Below, piece by piece: positions 1-8,588 of a DNA stretch of 64,000 nt (its first letter is position 1; every line of letters starts with the position of its first letter). The notes under the pieces were generated by a model. That model saw only the letters and a list, made by a program, of their open reading frames with translations. It was not told where the DNA came from and did no database searches. The position numbers were made by a program, and so were the translations under genes. This DNA comes from a virus. Lineage: Duplodnaviria; Caudoviricetes. The DNA lies in IMG/VR virus record IMGVR_UViG_3300046167_000724. One strand, given 5' to 3'.

Positions 1-1
1 A

Positions 2-142
2 TTTTTAAAAGCTGACATGTCAGACGATAATATGATTTTGGGTTTGTTGACTACGCAGATGGATTTTTTGCGTGAATCGGTAAAGACTCTGGATAATATG
101 AGCTGGGCCGTTCGTAATAAGCTACAATTACAGGGGCTGTAA
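2..142 (+). CDS. uvsY: 3' end of UvsY-like recombination mediator (partial, runs off left edge)
   Basis: Open frame ...QMDFLRESVKTLDNMSWAVRNKLQLQGL* resembles UvsY C-terminus; directly upstream of uvsW. Confidence 0.6.
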   Translation, partial: FLKADMSDDNMILGLLTTQMDFLRESVKTLDNMSWAVRNKLQLQGL

Positions 143-168
143 CGAGAATAAAAAAGTTTCATTTATGA

Positions 169-1683
169 ATGGAGCTAACGTTAACTGAAGATAATCAGTT
201 TTTAAGAATCGATGTTGCCACTGAACTAGAATTAGAACAGTTAAACATTTCGCTTACAAGAAGAATAGACGCATGGCGGTTCAATCCTTTGGTTAAAAAA
301 GGGATATGGGACGGCTATGTTTCTTATGTAAAAGATGATAAATGGATCCCTGCCGGTTTATGGCAGGAGATCACGAAAGTCTGTAAACAATATAAATTCG
401 ATATAAAAATTCACGGTGTTACTAGACTTTTTGATAAGGATATTTCAGCGGAGGGTTTTGAAGAATGGGCTAATGAGTTTTTTGAGGGTCATCCTGATGG
501 TATTAAACCAAGGGACTATCAAATTGAAGCGGCTTATAATATTTTAAAGTTTAGGAGGTCGCTTTCTGAATTAGCAACATCTGCTGGTAAAACACTTATT
601 TCATTTTTAACGGTTGCTTACATGCTTGAAAAAGAGAAGGCTAAGAAGATTCTATTTATTGTACCTAACGTATCACTTGTTGTTCAGGCGTCTGAGGACT
701 TTAGTGAATACAATCATGAAAATAGAGTTAAGATTCTTATTCAACAAATATATTCTGGTCAAAAGATTAAAGAAAACCGTAATATTGTTATTGGTACATA
801 TCAATCACTTGTTAAAAAACCTAAAGAATTCTTTGATGATTTTGAAGCTGTAATTGTTGATGAGACACATAAAGCTAAATCAAATTCAATTAAAACAATC
901 TTACAGAAGTGTAGACATGCTACATATAAATATGGGTTATCGGGTACAATACCTAAAGAAAATTCATTAGATAAGTTAACACTAATGTCACAGACTGGTC
1001 CTCTTATTACTGAGGTTAAAGCCGCATTCCTTCAAAAGGAGGGTCACATTGCTGGTTGTAATGTTAATATTATTGAAATGGATTACGCACCTGAATCAGC
1101 TAAAGAAGCCTTTATGGAATTAGCAACAAATAGGTATGAGTCAAAAGATGTTTTTCCATTAGAACAAAATTATGTTATTAACTCGCCGGGTAGATTAAAC
1201 TTTGTTACTAAAGTTATTTCAAGAATACCAAATAATTCATTGGTTCTATTTCACAGGATTGAACATGGTAAAAGACTTTATGAAGAATTAAGACAGCGTT
1301 CAAATAAGCGTGTGTATTATGTTGACGGCGGTACAAATACAGATATCCGTGAAGAGTATAAAGCAAAAATGGAAGCCGGTGATGAGGTTGTTATCGTTGC
1401 ATCATATGGTACTTTTTCAACCGGTATTTCTATTAAAAAAATACATAACATTTTCTTTACAGAATCCTTCAAGTCTGAAGTGATAATTAGACAGTCAATT
1501 GGTAGGGGTTTAAGGCAACATGAATCTAAAGATTCTGTTAATATAATAGACTTTGTTGATGACCTTCGATTTGATGAATGGCATAACTATCTATATAGGC
1601 ATGGTGTTGCTAGAAAGAAGATATACAAGCAAGAAAAGTTCAGTTATAAAGTCAAAAAAGTTAAATTTGAAGGAGATATATAA
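169..1683 (+). CDS. uvsW: SF2 DNA helicase UvsW
   Basis: PRDYQ, LATSAGKT (Walker A), IVDETH (DExH), SLSGT, QSIGRGLR motifs; ~500 aa as T4 UvsW. Confidence 0.92.
   Translation: MELTLTEDNQFLRIDVATELELEQLNISLTRRIDAWRFNPLVKKGIWDGYVSYVKDDKWIPAGLWQEITKVCKQYKFDIKIHGVTRLFDKDISAEGFEEWANEFFEGHPDGIKPRDYQIEAAYNILKFRRSLSELATSAGKTLISFLTVAYMLEKEKAKKILFIVPNVSLVVQASEDFSEYNHENRVKILIQQIYSGQKIKENRNIVIGTYQSLVKKPKEFFDDFEAVIVDETHKAKSNSIKTILQKCRHATYKYGLSGTIPKENSLDKLTLMSQTGPLITEVKAAFLQKEGHIAGCNVNIIEMDYAPESAKEAFMELATNRYESKDVFPLEQNYVINSPGRLNFVTKVISRIPNNSLVLFHRIEHGKRLYEELRQRSNKRVYYVDGGTNTDIREEYKAKMEAGDEVVIVASYGTFSTGISIKKIHNIFFTESFKSEVIIRQSIGRGLRQHESKDSVNIIDFVDDLRFDEWHNYLYRHGVARKKIYKQEKFSYKVKKVKFEGDI
1675..1682 (+). promoter_or_regulatory. 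Late-type promoter motif GATATATA
   Basis: Recurring octamer upstream of virion genes. Confidence 0.6.
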
Positions 1684-1724
1684 CAATAAGATATAATACT
1701 ATCAAAATAAAACATTATAATATA

Positions 1725-4064
1725 ATGAAAAAGATTGAATCATTTAAAAGTTTTTCTCAATTACAAAATCAAATCAGAGAAGAGGCTAGATTAAAAGAAG
1801 TTGCATCTAAAAGAGACGCTACAGTTTCTGAGTTTAACGCTCTTTTACAAAAGTACAATGCGGCATCAGTTGCAGACTTAAACGAAGAAGATAGAGACGC
1901 ATTCATGGCTGAACTTACCAAAGAAGGTAATGCTTTCGGTGCAGCAAGAGCAGAGGCTATTGCAAAGGGTGAAGAAGAGTTTAAGGTTGGCGACGAAGAA
2001 ATGCCGGTTAAGAATGTAGATAAAGAAGACGAAGAAAACGCTGAAGAGTTTGTTAAAGAGTCAACTACAATTATTGAAGAAGGTACTAGAGGTCAATTCG
2101 GTAAAATCTATAAGAATGGCGAAATCGCTTCTGTATACACACACTATGATTCTTATCCTGAGAACATGATTCCACTTATTAAGAAGGGTTATAAAAAAGG
2201 CACTGATGTTGATGCAGTTCTTGGTAAAGGTGGTAATTCAGGTCTAGAAGTTTCTCCAGATAAAATGAAGTTTTATGGCGATGCGGATAGCATGACTCCA
2301 ATGAAAGGTAACATTAAAAATCTTAATAAGTATATTAAAGATGCTGACCGTAATGGTGGTGCAGAGTATATCTACTTATTTGACGAAAGAGATCAAAATT
2401 GGTACATGATTGACATATATGGTGATAAAGAATTAGTACCGGCATTTGAATCAGTAGTTACTGAAGGCAAGCACGACGAGATGCTAGATAAAGTTGCAGA
2501 TGCTGTAAAAAATGCATCAAACTTTATGAACGTTGGTATTGCACTTAAAGATGCAGGTATCAAGTACGATTTTTCAACAGGTATGATGCCAATCTATAGG
2601 TTGAAAAAATACCCTATTGCTATTGTAAATAAAAAGTATGTTGACGATGCAGATAGAGAAGTAGGTGACATTGCAATTGGTGTAATGGAATCACTTACTG
2701 AATCGCTAATCACTGAAGCACTAGAAGGTAGAAGCCAGAAAGAAGCGATGAAAGGTTATGCTGCAATTCATAAGTTTATGATGGCACACCCTGGATTTGC
2801 TAGCAAAACAGTTTCAGACCAAACAGTTGCTTGGACAATGAAAGAAGCTCTTAAGGCTGCACTTATAGACGCAAACTTCCATACAGAAGCTAAGTCAGTT
2901 GGTAAAGCTATTAACTTTGCAAACTTTCAAGCACCAACTGTTTTTGTAAACGAACTGGGCGGTATGCCAATCCAAATCAGTAAAAAAATGATGATGGATA
3001 AAGTATATGAGCTAGCTACAGAAATTACAAGAGGTGCAAAATATAATGGTTTTGCTATTATTGAAGCTGTTGCAATGTTCTTTGATGATTCATTCCCTAA
3101 GAATTCTTCTGCATCAAATCTAAGAGATGTACTTGCTAAATTTATGGGTGAAGCTGTAGAAGCTAATAATCTAGAGCAAAGAATTAATGAAGGTTCAGCG
3201 TTTAATTCGGCAAGACTAAAAGCTATTGCTGACGATAAAGATGAATTTGAATTTGATGGTAAAACTTATCCAGTAAAATCTGTTGATAAGGAAGATGAAG
3301 AACTTGCTGATGATTTAGTAGGTGAAGGTAATGCATTTAGCACTGCTAGGTTAAAGGCTATTGAAGCTGGTGAAAAGGAGTTTGAATTTGATGGTAAGAC
3401 TTATCCAGTAAAGTCAGTTGACAAAGAAGATGAAGAACTTGCTGATGATTTAGTAGGTGAAAGTAACAAAACCATAGATGCTAGCACATTTGGCGATGAC
3501 AAATTACGTTATGATGATCAATTTAGAGGTGCTACTGGTCTTGCTAAAACATTAGCAAGCGAATTAGGATTTGATCCAAAAAAGCCTTGGACTGAAGGTA
3601 TTGGTTTTGATGATATTGAAATGTATGCTATCGGTAAAAAAGAAGGAACTATTTCAAGAAACGCACTATCAGGTAAATATACGTATGCTGATCTTTTAGC
3701 AATGGCTAAAGATTTTTTAGGAATCAATGAATCAGAAGATAAAGAAGCTGCTGATGATGTAGTCGATGAGTCTAGATACGATGATATAAAACTTAAAGAA
3801 TTTGCAGAATTTATCAAAAAAGCTGAAGGTAAAAGAGTTATGCTAACAACAACTGAATTTGATGGTACATCTAAGGTTGAGGGTAGGCTTCAAAAAAGTT
3901 CATCAGGTTATCATAAAATTGATTACATGAGCTTTGATTTTAAAGATGAAATGGATACTATCAAAAAGGGTGACGGCATGATTATGGGTGTTAGGGTTGG
4001 CGAATTCCTTAAGTACAATATCGGTGGTAAAAACGGTTCTCAATTTTTAATTGAAGTACTATAA
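1725..4064 (+). CDS. Modular putative internal head protein (polyprotein-like, many I/L/V-x-E sites, three EGNAF...VDKEDEE repeats)
   Basis: Late motif upstream; N-terminal IESFKSF; acidic linkers IIEE/G, VVTE/G, LITE/A, RINE/G, GINE/S separating distinct domains. Confidence 0.6.
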   Translation: MKKIESFKSFSQLQNQIREEARLKEVASKRDATVSEFNALLQKYNAASVADLNEEDRDAFMAELTKEGNAFGAARAEAIAKGEEEFKVGDEEMPVKNVDKEDEENAEEFVKESTTIIEEGTRGQFGKIYKNGEIASVYTHYDSYPENMIPLIKKGYKKGTDVDAVLGKGGNSGLEVSPDKMKFYGDADSMTPMKGNIKNLNKYIKDADRNGGAEYIYLFDERDQNWYMIDIYGDKELVPAFESVVTEGKHDEMLDKVADAVKNASNFMNVGIALKDAGIKYDFSTGMMPIYRLKKYPIAIVNKKYVDDADREVGDIAIGVMESLTESLITEALEGRSQKEAMKGYAAIHKFMMAHPGFASKTVSDQTVAWTMKEALKAALIDANFHTEAKSVGKAINFANFQAPTVFVNELGGMPIQISKKMMMDKVYELATEITRGAKYNGFAIIEAVAMFFDDSFPKNSSASNLRDVLAKFMGEAVEANNLEQRINEGSAFNSARLKAIADDKDEFEFDGKTYPVKSVDKEDEELADDLVGEGNAFSTARLKAIEAGEKEFEFDGKTYPVKSVDKEDEELADDLVGESNKTIDASTFGDDKLRYDDQFRGATGLAKTLASELGFDPKKPWTEGIGFDDIEMYAIGKKEGTISRNALSGKYTYADLLAMAKDFLGINESEDKEAADDVVDESRYDDIKLKEFAEFIKKAEGKRVMLTTTEFDGTSKVEGRLQKSSSGYHKIDYMSFDFKDEMDTIKKGDGMIMGVRVGEFLKYNIGGKNGSQFLIEVL
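3189..3458 (+). repeat. Tandem 135-bp (45 aa) duplication; third diverged copy near 1923-2057
   Basis: EGSAFNSARLKAI...DLVG followed by EGNAFSTARLKAI...DLVG. Confidence 0.9.
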
Positions 4065-4091
4065 AAAAGTTTAAAAAAGTTTGACATATAT

Positions 4092-4121
4092 TTTTTTATG
4101 TCATTCTTTTTTTGTATATTA
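4092..4121 (+). promoter_or_regulatory. Early/host-type promoter motif TGTC-N12-TATATTA
   Basis: Same spacing also at 40703-40725 and 59440-59462. Confidence 0.5.
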
Positions 4122-4126
4122 GAAGT

Positions 4127-4432
4127 ATGAAAAGGGTAAAACTATTCGAAAGCTTTATTAACGAGGCAGGAATCTTTAGAACTTACAATGAGCTTGTTGG
4201 TTATGAATACAAGAAGTTTGTAGATGCTTTTAAGAAGCTCCACCCTGATAATATAGTTACATATGATAAAAAGAATGATGTTGATTATGGTCACCGTAAA
4301 GGCTCCACAGAAGCACTTTGGAAATACTTTCATGATGAAGGTAGAATTCACCACTCTGAAAAAGACAGAGACGTACTTGGTCTAATCAATGCATTTGACA
4401 TGGTTAAAAGAAACCACCCTTGGTCAAAATAA
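4127..4432 (+). CDS. Putative internal head protein (N-terminal MKRVKLFESFINE)
   Basis: ATG at 4127 preferred over 4112; capsid-targeting-like N-terminus. Confidence 0.6.
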   Translation: MKRVKLFESFINEAGIFRTYNELVGYEYKKFVDAFKKLHPDNIVTYDKKNDVDYGHRKGSTEALWKYFHDEGRIHHSEKDRDVLGLINAFDMVKRNHPWSK

Positions 4433-4453
4433 AACAAACATTCAAATGAAAAA
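4402..4453 (+). repeat. 52-bp direct repeat (1 mismatch), copy 2 at 4747-4798
   Basis: GGTTAAAAGAAACCACCCTTGGTCAAAATAAAACAAACATT identical for 41 bp in both copies. Confidence 0.95.
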
Positions 4454-4721
4454 TATAAAATTATTTAACGAGTTTGCTGAACCAACAACTGACGAGTCTA
4501 TTATAAATTCACAAATTGAAGAGAAAAAAGCAGACGGTACAATCTCTGACGATGAGGATGAGAGAAGAGCTGAATTACTTAAAAGAGTAAAAGAGCAAAT
4601 GGAAGAACTTTTAGCTTCAGCAGAATTCGATGCTAACGATATTGGCGGTTCTTTTAGAGCACCTGGTATTATGGCTAAAATCAGAAAAGAACTAGAAGGT
4701 CAAATTAAAAAGTTTAGATAA
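4446..4721 (+). CDS. Putative internal head protein (MKNIKLFNEFAE)
   Basis: ATG at 4446 inside ORF 4389-4721; capsid-targeting-like N-terminus. Confidence 0.6.
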   Translation: MKNIKLFNEFAEPTTDESIINSQIEEKKADGTISDDEDERRAELLKRVKEQMEELLASAEFDANDIGGSFRAPGIMAKIRKELEGQIKKFR

Positions 4722-4722
4722 T

Positions 4723-4752
4723 ATGAAGCTTCTTGTTTCTTTTAACGGTTAA
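4723..4752 (+). pseudogene. Truncated relic start (MKLLVSFNG*) resembling the start of 5431-6723
   Basis: TAATATGAAGCTTCTTGTTTCTTTTAACG vs TAATATGAACAAGCTACTTATTTCTTTTAACG at 5427-5458. Confidence 0.6.
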
Positions 4753-4790
4753 AAGAAACCACCCTTGGTCAAAATAAAACAAACATTTAA

Positions 4791-5429
4791 ATGAAAAAAG
4801 TAAGATTATACGAAAGCTTCCACGGTATTGATGAAGCTTCAAGAGGTACAATTCACAAAGCAGTAAAAGCTGGTGATTATCCCGTAACTATTGTTGTTAT
4901 TGAAAACGGTAAAGTAGTACACCAAGAAATTGTAGATACACCACAAGCTGTACCCGCATCATTTAACGTTCTTCAGAAAGAATACCCAAAAGCAAAGCTT
5001 CATGTTGAGGACAAAGGCGGTCAAACACTTTTTGTAGAAGGTATTGAATCAGCAATTACAGAGTTTGTAAATGAATCAGACGTAATGAACTCGTATTATT
5101 TTACTAGTCCTAGTGAATTTGGTCAATTTTCATCAGAGGCCCCGGCTAAAGGTGAAACTAAATATTTAGTAATGGCTAATAATAAAGCAGACTTTAATGG
5201 TCAAACTATTAAATTAGAAGGTGGTATTAGAATGGGATCTGCGACTAGCCAAAAGGTTATAGGTGTTTATGGTGATGAGCAGTCTGCAAAAGACGCCTAT
5301 GAAGCTGCAATGAAAAAACCAGAAGGAACTATGGTTTCTTTCACAATGGGAACAGTTGTTGGCGAAACTAAATTTAGATCTCAATATACTGAAATCGAAG
5401 GGTATTTAGCAAAAGTTAAATTAAAATAA
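4791..5429 (+). CDS. Putative two-module internal head protein (MKKVRLYESF; IDE/A, ITE/FVNE/S linkers)
   Basis: Capsid-targeting-like N-terminus and internal x-x-E linker. Confidence 0.55.
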   Translation: MKKVRLYESFHGIDEASRGTIHKAVKAGDYPVTIVVIENGKVVHQEIVDTPQAVPASFNVLQKEYPKAKLHVEDKGGQTLFVEGIESAITEFVNESDVMNSYYFTSPSEFGQFSSEAPAKGETKYLVMANNKADFNGQTIKLEGGIRMGSATSQKVIGVYGDEQSAKDAYEAAMKKPEGTMVSFTMGTVVGETKFRSQYTEIEGYLAKVKLK

Positions 5430-5430
5430 T

Positions 5431-6723
5431 ATGAACAAGCTACTTATTTCTTTTAACGAGTTTCTTTTAGAGAAGGCTTATAACTCTTATGATTCAGATC
5501 TAATCCTTGAAGGTGGTGCAGCTGGTCACATGATGCACCCGTTCGATGATAAAGCACTAACGTTTGATGACTTTAGAAAGTTTATCACAGCGGGTCTCCA
5601 AGGTGAAATGACTTTTGATGAAGAGCCAACAGAAAAGACTGACGGCCAAAACGTGTTTGCCACGGTTAAAGATGGTAAAGTAATGTTTGCTAGAAACAAG
5701 GGTCAAATGCAAAACCCTATTGACCTAGCAGGTATTACTCAAATGTTTGCCGACCATCCATCTGAGTTGGTTAGAGACACATTTACATTCGCAGCTCAAG
5801 ACTTAGCGTCAACACTTACAAAGCTGTCAGCTAATGACCAAATTAAGTACTTTAACGACGGTAAGAACTTCATGAACATGGAGCTTATCTATTCAAAAAA
5901 CCCTAACGTTATTAATTACGACAGAGATGTTATTCAATTCCACGGTATCAAAGAGACTGATGGTGAAGGTAATATTATTGGTGATATGGGTGCAAGATCG
6001 GCTAAAGATATTGCTAAGCTACTTGATGCTGTAAATGCAAAAACAGGTAAAGTGTTCAACATTATTCCACCTCAAGTACTTAAGCTTCGTAAAGATGTAG
6101 ACTTTGATGACAGGTTGCCGTACTTTATGAAAAAGATTGATGCGCTTCAAACACAATATAAATTAGCCGGTCATGATGAGGTTTCAAGATACCATGAAAT
6201 GTGGTGGAGAGACGAGATTGAAAAGTCTTTTGGTGACCTATCACAAGATATTAAAGAAGGCTTATTATTAAGATGGGCATATGACGATAAGAAAACTCTT
6301 AACATGAGACAGGTTGCTAAGCAGATTACACCAGAACAAATGGAGTTTCTTAGAAAATACGACAAGGTAGACGTTAAGAAAAAGTACAAAGAAAACATTA
6401 GACCGTTCGAAGACTTGTTCTTAGAGTTTGGTTCAATTGTACTTAAGAACGCTTCGAACTTTGTTGCAGCGTCACCAGATGCCGAAATGCAAAGACTACA
6501 TAATGAAATTAGAACAGAAGCCGCTAAGATTAAAAAAGGTGGTTCAGTAGACCAGATTATTAAGGTTGAAGCTGAGCTGGCAAGGTTAGATAGAATTGGT
6601 GGTATTGAGTCAATTATTCCAACTGAAGGCTTAGTGTTCAAATATAATGGTAAAATATATAAGTTAACGGGTACTTTTGCAGCGATTAATCAGCTGTTAG
6701 GTATTATTAAATACGGTAGATAA
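5431..6723 (+). CDS. RNA-ligase-like covalent nucleotidyltransferase-superfamily protein
   Basis: Motif I TEKTDGQ (K69), candidate III E151, IIIa F170, IV EGLVF (E399), V YKL (K411); long insert between IIIa and IV. Confidence 0.55.
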   Translation: MNKLLISFNEFLLEKAYNSYDSDLILEGGAAGHMMHPFDDKALTFDDFRKFITAGLQGEMTFDEEPTEKTDGQNVFATVKDGKVMFARNKGQMQNPIDLAGITQMFADHPSELVRDTFTFAAQDLASTLTKLSANDQIKYFNDGKNFMNMELIYSKNPNVINYDRDVIQFHGIKETDGEGNIIGDMGARSAKDIAKLLDAVNAKTGKVFNIIPPQVLKLRKDVDFDDRLPYFMKKIDALQTQYKLAGHDEVSRYHEMWWRDEIEKSFGDLSQDIKEGLLLRWAYDDKKTLNMRQVAKQITPEQMEFLRKYDKVDVKKKYKENIRPFEDLFLEFGSIVLKNASNFVAASPDAEMQRLHNEIRTEAAKIKKGGSVDQIIKVEAELARLDRIGGIESIIPTEGLVFKYNGKIYKLTGTFAAINQLLGIIKYGR

Positions 6724-6729
6724 ACTAAT

Positions 6730-8568
6730 ATGGCACTTCAAAAGCTAAGAGATTATTTTAAAGAAACACCAAGAGAACAGTTTATGCAACTATTAAACCA
6801 AAAGGTTCATGTTGTAGAAAAACTAGCGGCTTCAGCATTTCATGTAAAGTCTGGTGATTTAAAAAATAATTATTATAAATCAGGACAAACTCAACCTATT
6901 GATATTATTGATAGAACGATTGTAGGTTTTTACGAACCTGCAATTTTGCATTTTAAAGGTTTGTCTAATGAAATTAAAGAAGAGATGCCAAAAGATTGGA
7001 AGTTTGGTTTTGATTATTTAATTGATGGTGAAACACCTAACTTTGAATATTCGCTACTTCCAAAAAACAATTTAGTACTTACACATATTCAAGTGCTAAA
7101 TCCACTAACAGAAAATGTTAAGAAAGTCATTAGAGATACTCAAGTACTTAATAAGTGGGCTGATAAACTAGAGGTTCAAAGACCCCCAGTTGTATTTGAA
7201 GGTCAATTAAGATTTGATCAGAAAGAATCTTTAATTAAACTTCTTGAAATGACAGACCGTGAATTTACAACAACATATGAGTCTCGTTCATTTACAAAAG
7301 ATTTATTTAACATATTTGATACAAACGTTAGAAACTCAACACTTCAAGAAGGTTTAGATACCGATATTGACGGTCTTATAATTTCTTTTGTAGATGGTAA
7401 AAAAATGACGCCATTTAAAATTGAAGATTTTAGAAGAGTTAATGAATCAAATACAGAAAGAAAGTCATCCGATATTTACCAGATTACAATTGTTGATTTA
7501 ATTGAGTATTTATCAAATTATGATTTTAAAAAGCATAGTTTAATTAAAGAGAAAAAAGACCGTAGATTTTTAGAGCTTATGTCTGAAGTATTTAATTCTT
7601 ATATTAAAGAACACGCTACTAAATTTATTGGGGTTAACTTTGAAACCGCTGATTTTGCAAAAAAAGATGCGTTTAAGTTAAACACTGAATTTATTGAAAA
7701 TCAACAAACTCTTAAACTTATCGATAATAAAATTTTAAGTGAACTTTTTAAAATTACATTAAGCTCATTTAGAAGAGAAAGAACAAAAACTACAGATATT
7801 TTGTCTGAAGATATGGTTAATCAAATGAATGAGATTGTTAAATCTATTGACGACCACGTATCTGCAAAAATAGAAGAAGGTGATGTGTTAGATTTTAATA
7901 CTTATAAAAAGATGGATACAATTAATTCATCAATGAATGAAGCCCTTAAAGTAGATTATCCAGAACAAGGCAATAAACTTGTTAATATGTTTGTTGGTAG
8001 ATTCCAACCATTTACATTAGGTCATGCTAAAGTTGTTAAAGCAATTCACCAACAAAACGGTTATCCAGTTGTAATCTTATTAGTTAAGTCTAAGACGAAA
8101 AAGAAAGAAGATGCTTTCAAACGTCCTTATGATGAAGACACTCAATTAGATATGCTTAACAAACTTAAGAGAGAACTTCCAATTGAAGACGTATTTATTA
8201 TACCGACGGGTGGTATTGATACAATGTTTAATGCAATGAGACCCAAGTACGAGCCGGTTTTATGGGGTACGGGTTCTGATAGAATGAAAACATATGGCTT
8301 CCAGGTTAATAATGATCAATATAGAGAAGACTTAGGAGTTAGAGATGATTTTAAACTTTTTGAAATTCCAAGAACTGGTAAAAACATTTCAGCTACTCAA
8401 GTTAGGAATGCTATGTTAGACGGTGACGTGAAGCTATTTAAAAAATTAACGCCAAGGGGTATTCATGGAATGTATGACGAATTAAAGTCAAGACTTGAAG
8501 CTTCTATGGCAGTTGCTGAGAATGTTGAAACTATTTTAACATTTGAACAATTTATTTCTAATATATAA
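6730..8568 (+). CDS. Degenerate ligase-like domain fused to HIGH-superfamily nucleotidyltransferase (cytidylyltransferase/NMNAT-like)
   Basis: N-terminal VVEKLAAS and IDGLII; C-terminal GRFQPFTLGH and ISATQVR. Confidence 0.65.
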   Translation: MALQKLRDYFKETPREQFMQLLNQKVHVVEKLAASAFHVKSGDLKNNYYKSGQTQPIDIIDRTIVGFYEPAILHFKGLSNEIKEEMPKDWKFGFDYLIDGETPNFEYSLLPKNNLVLTHIQVLNPLTENVKKVIRDTQVLNKWADKLEVQRPPVVFEGQLRFDQKESLIKLLEMTDREFTTTYESRSFTKDLFNIFDTNVRNSTLQEGLDTDIDGLIISFVDGKKMTPFKIEDFRRVNESNTERKSSDIYQITIVDLIEYLSNYDFKKHSLIKEKKDRRFLELMSEVFNSYIKEHATKFIGVNFETADFAKKDAFKLNTEFIENQQTLKLIDNKILSELFKITLSSFRRERTKTTDILSEDMVNQMNEIVKSIDDHVSAKIEEGDVLDFNTYKKMDTINSSMNEALKVDYPEQGNKLVNMFVGRFQPFTLGHAKVVKAIHQQNGYPVVILLVKSKTKKKEDAFKRPYDEDTQLDMLNKLKRELPIEDVFIIPTGGIDTMFNAMRPKYEPVLWGTGSDRMKTYGFQVNNDQYREDLGVRDDFKLFEIPRTGKNISATQVRNAMLDGDVKLFKKLTPRGIHGMYDELKSRLEASMAVAENVETILTFEQFISNI

Positions 8569-8588
8569 TAAAATACAATTATAGTAAG

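Noticed and set aside
4081-4120. Sigma70 promoter TTGACA...TATATT
   Set aside because: Spacing is 28 nt; the TGTC-N12-TATATTA reading fits two other sites better.
4402-4798. Insertion sequence or DGR template/variable repeat
   Set aside because: No transposase, terminal inverted repeats or reverse transcriptase; the single mismatch is C/T, not adenine-specific.
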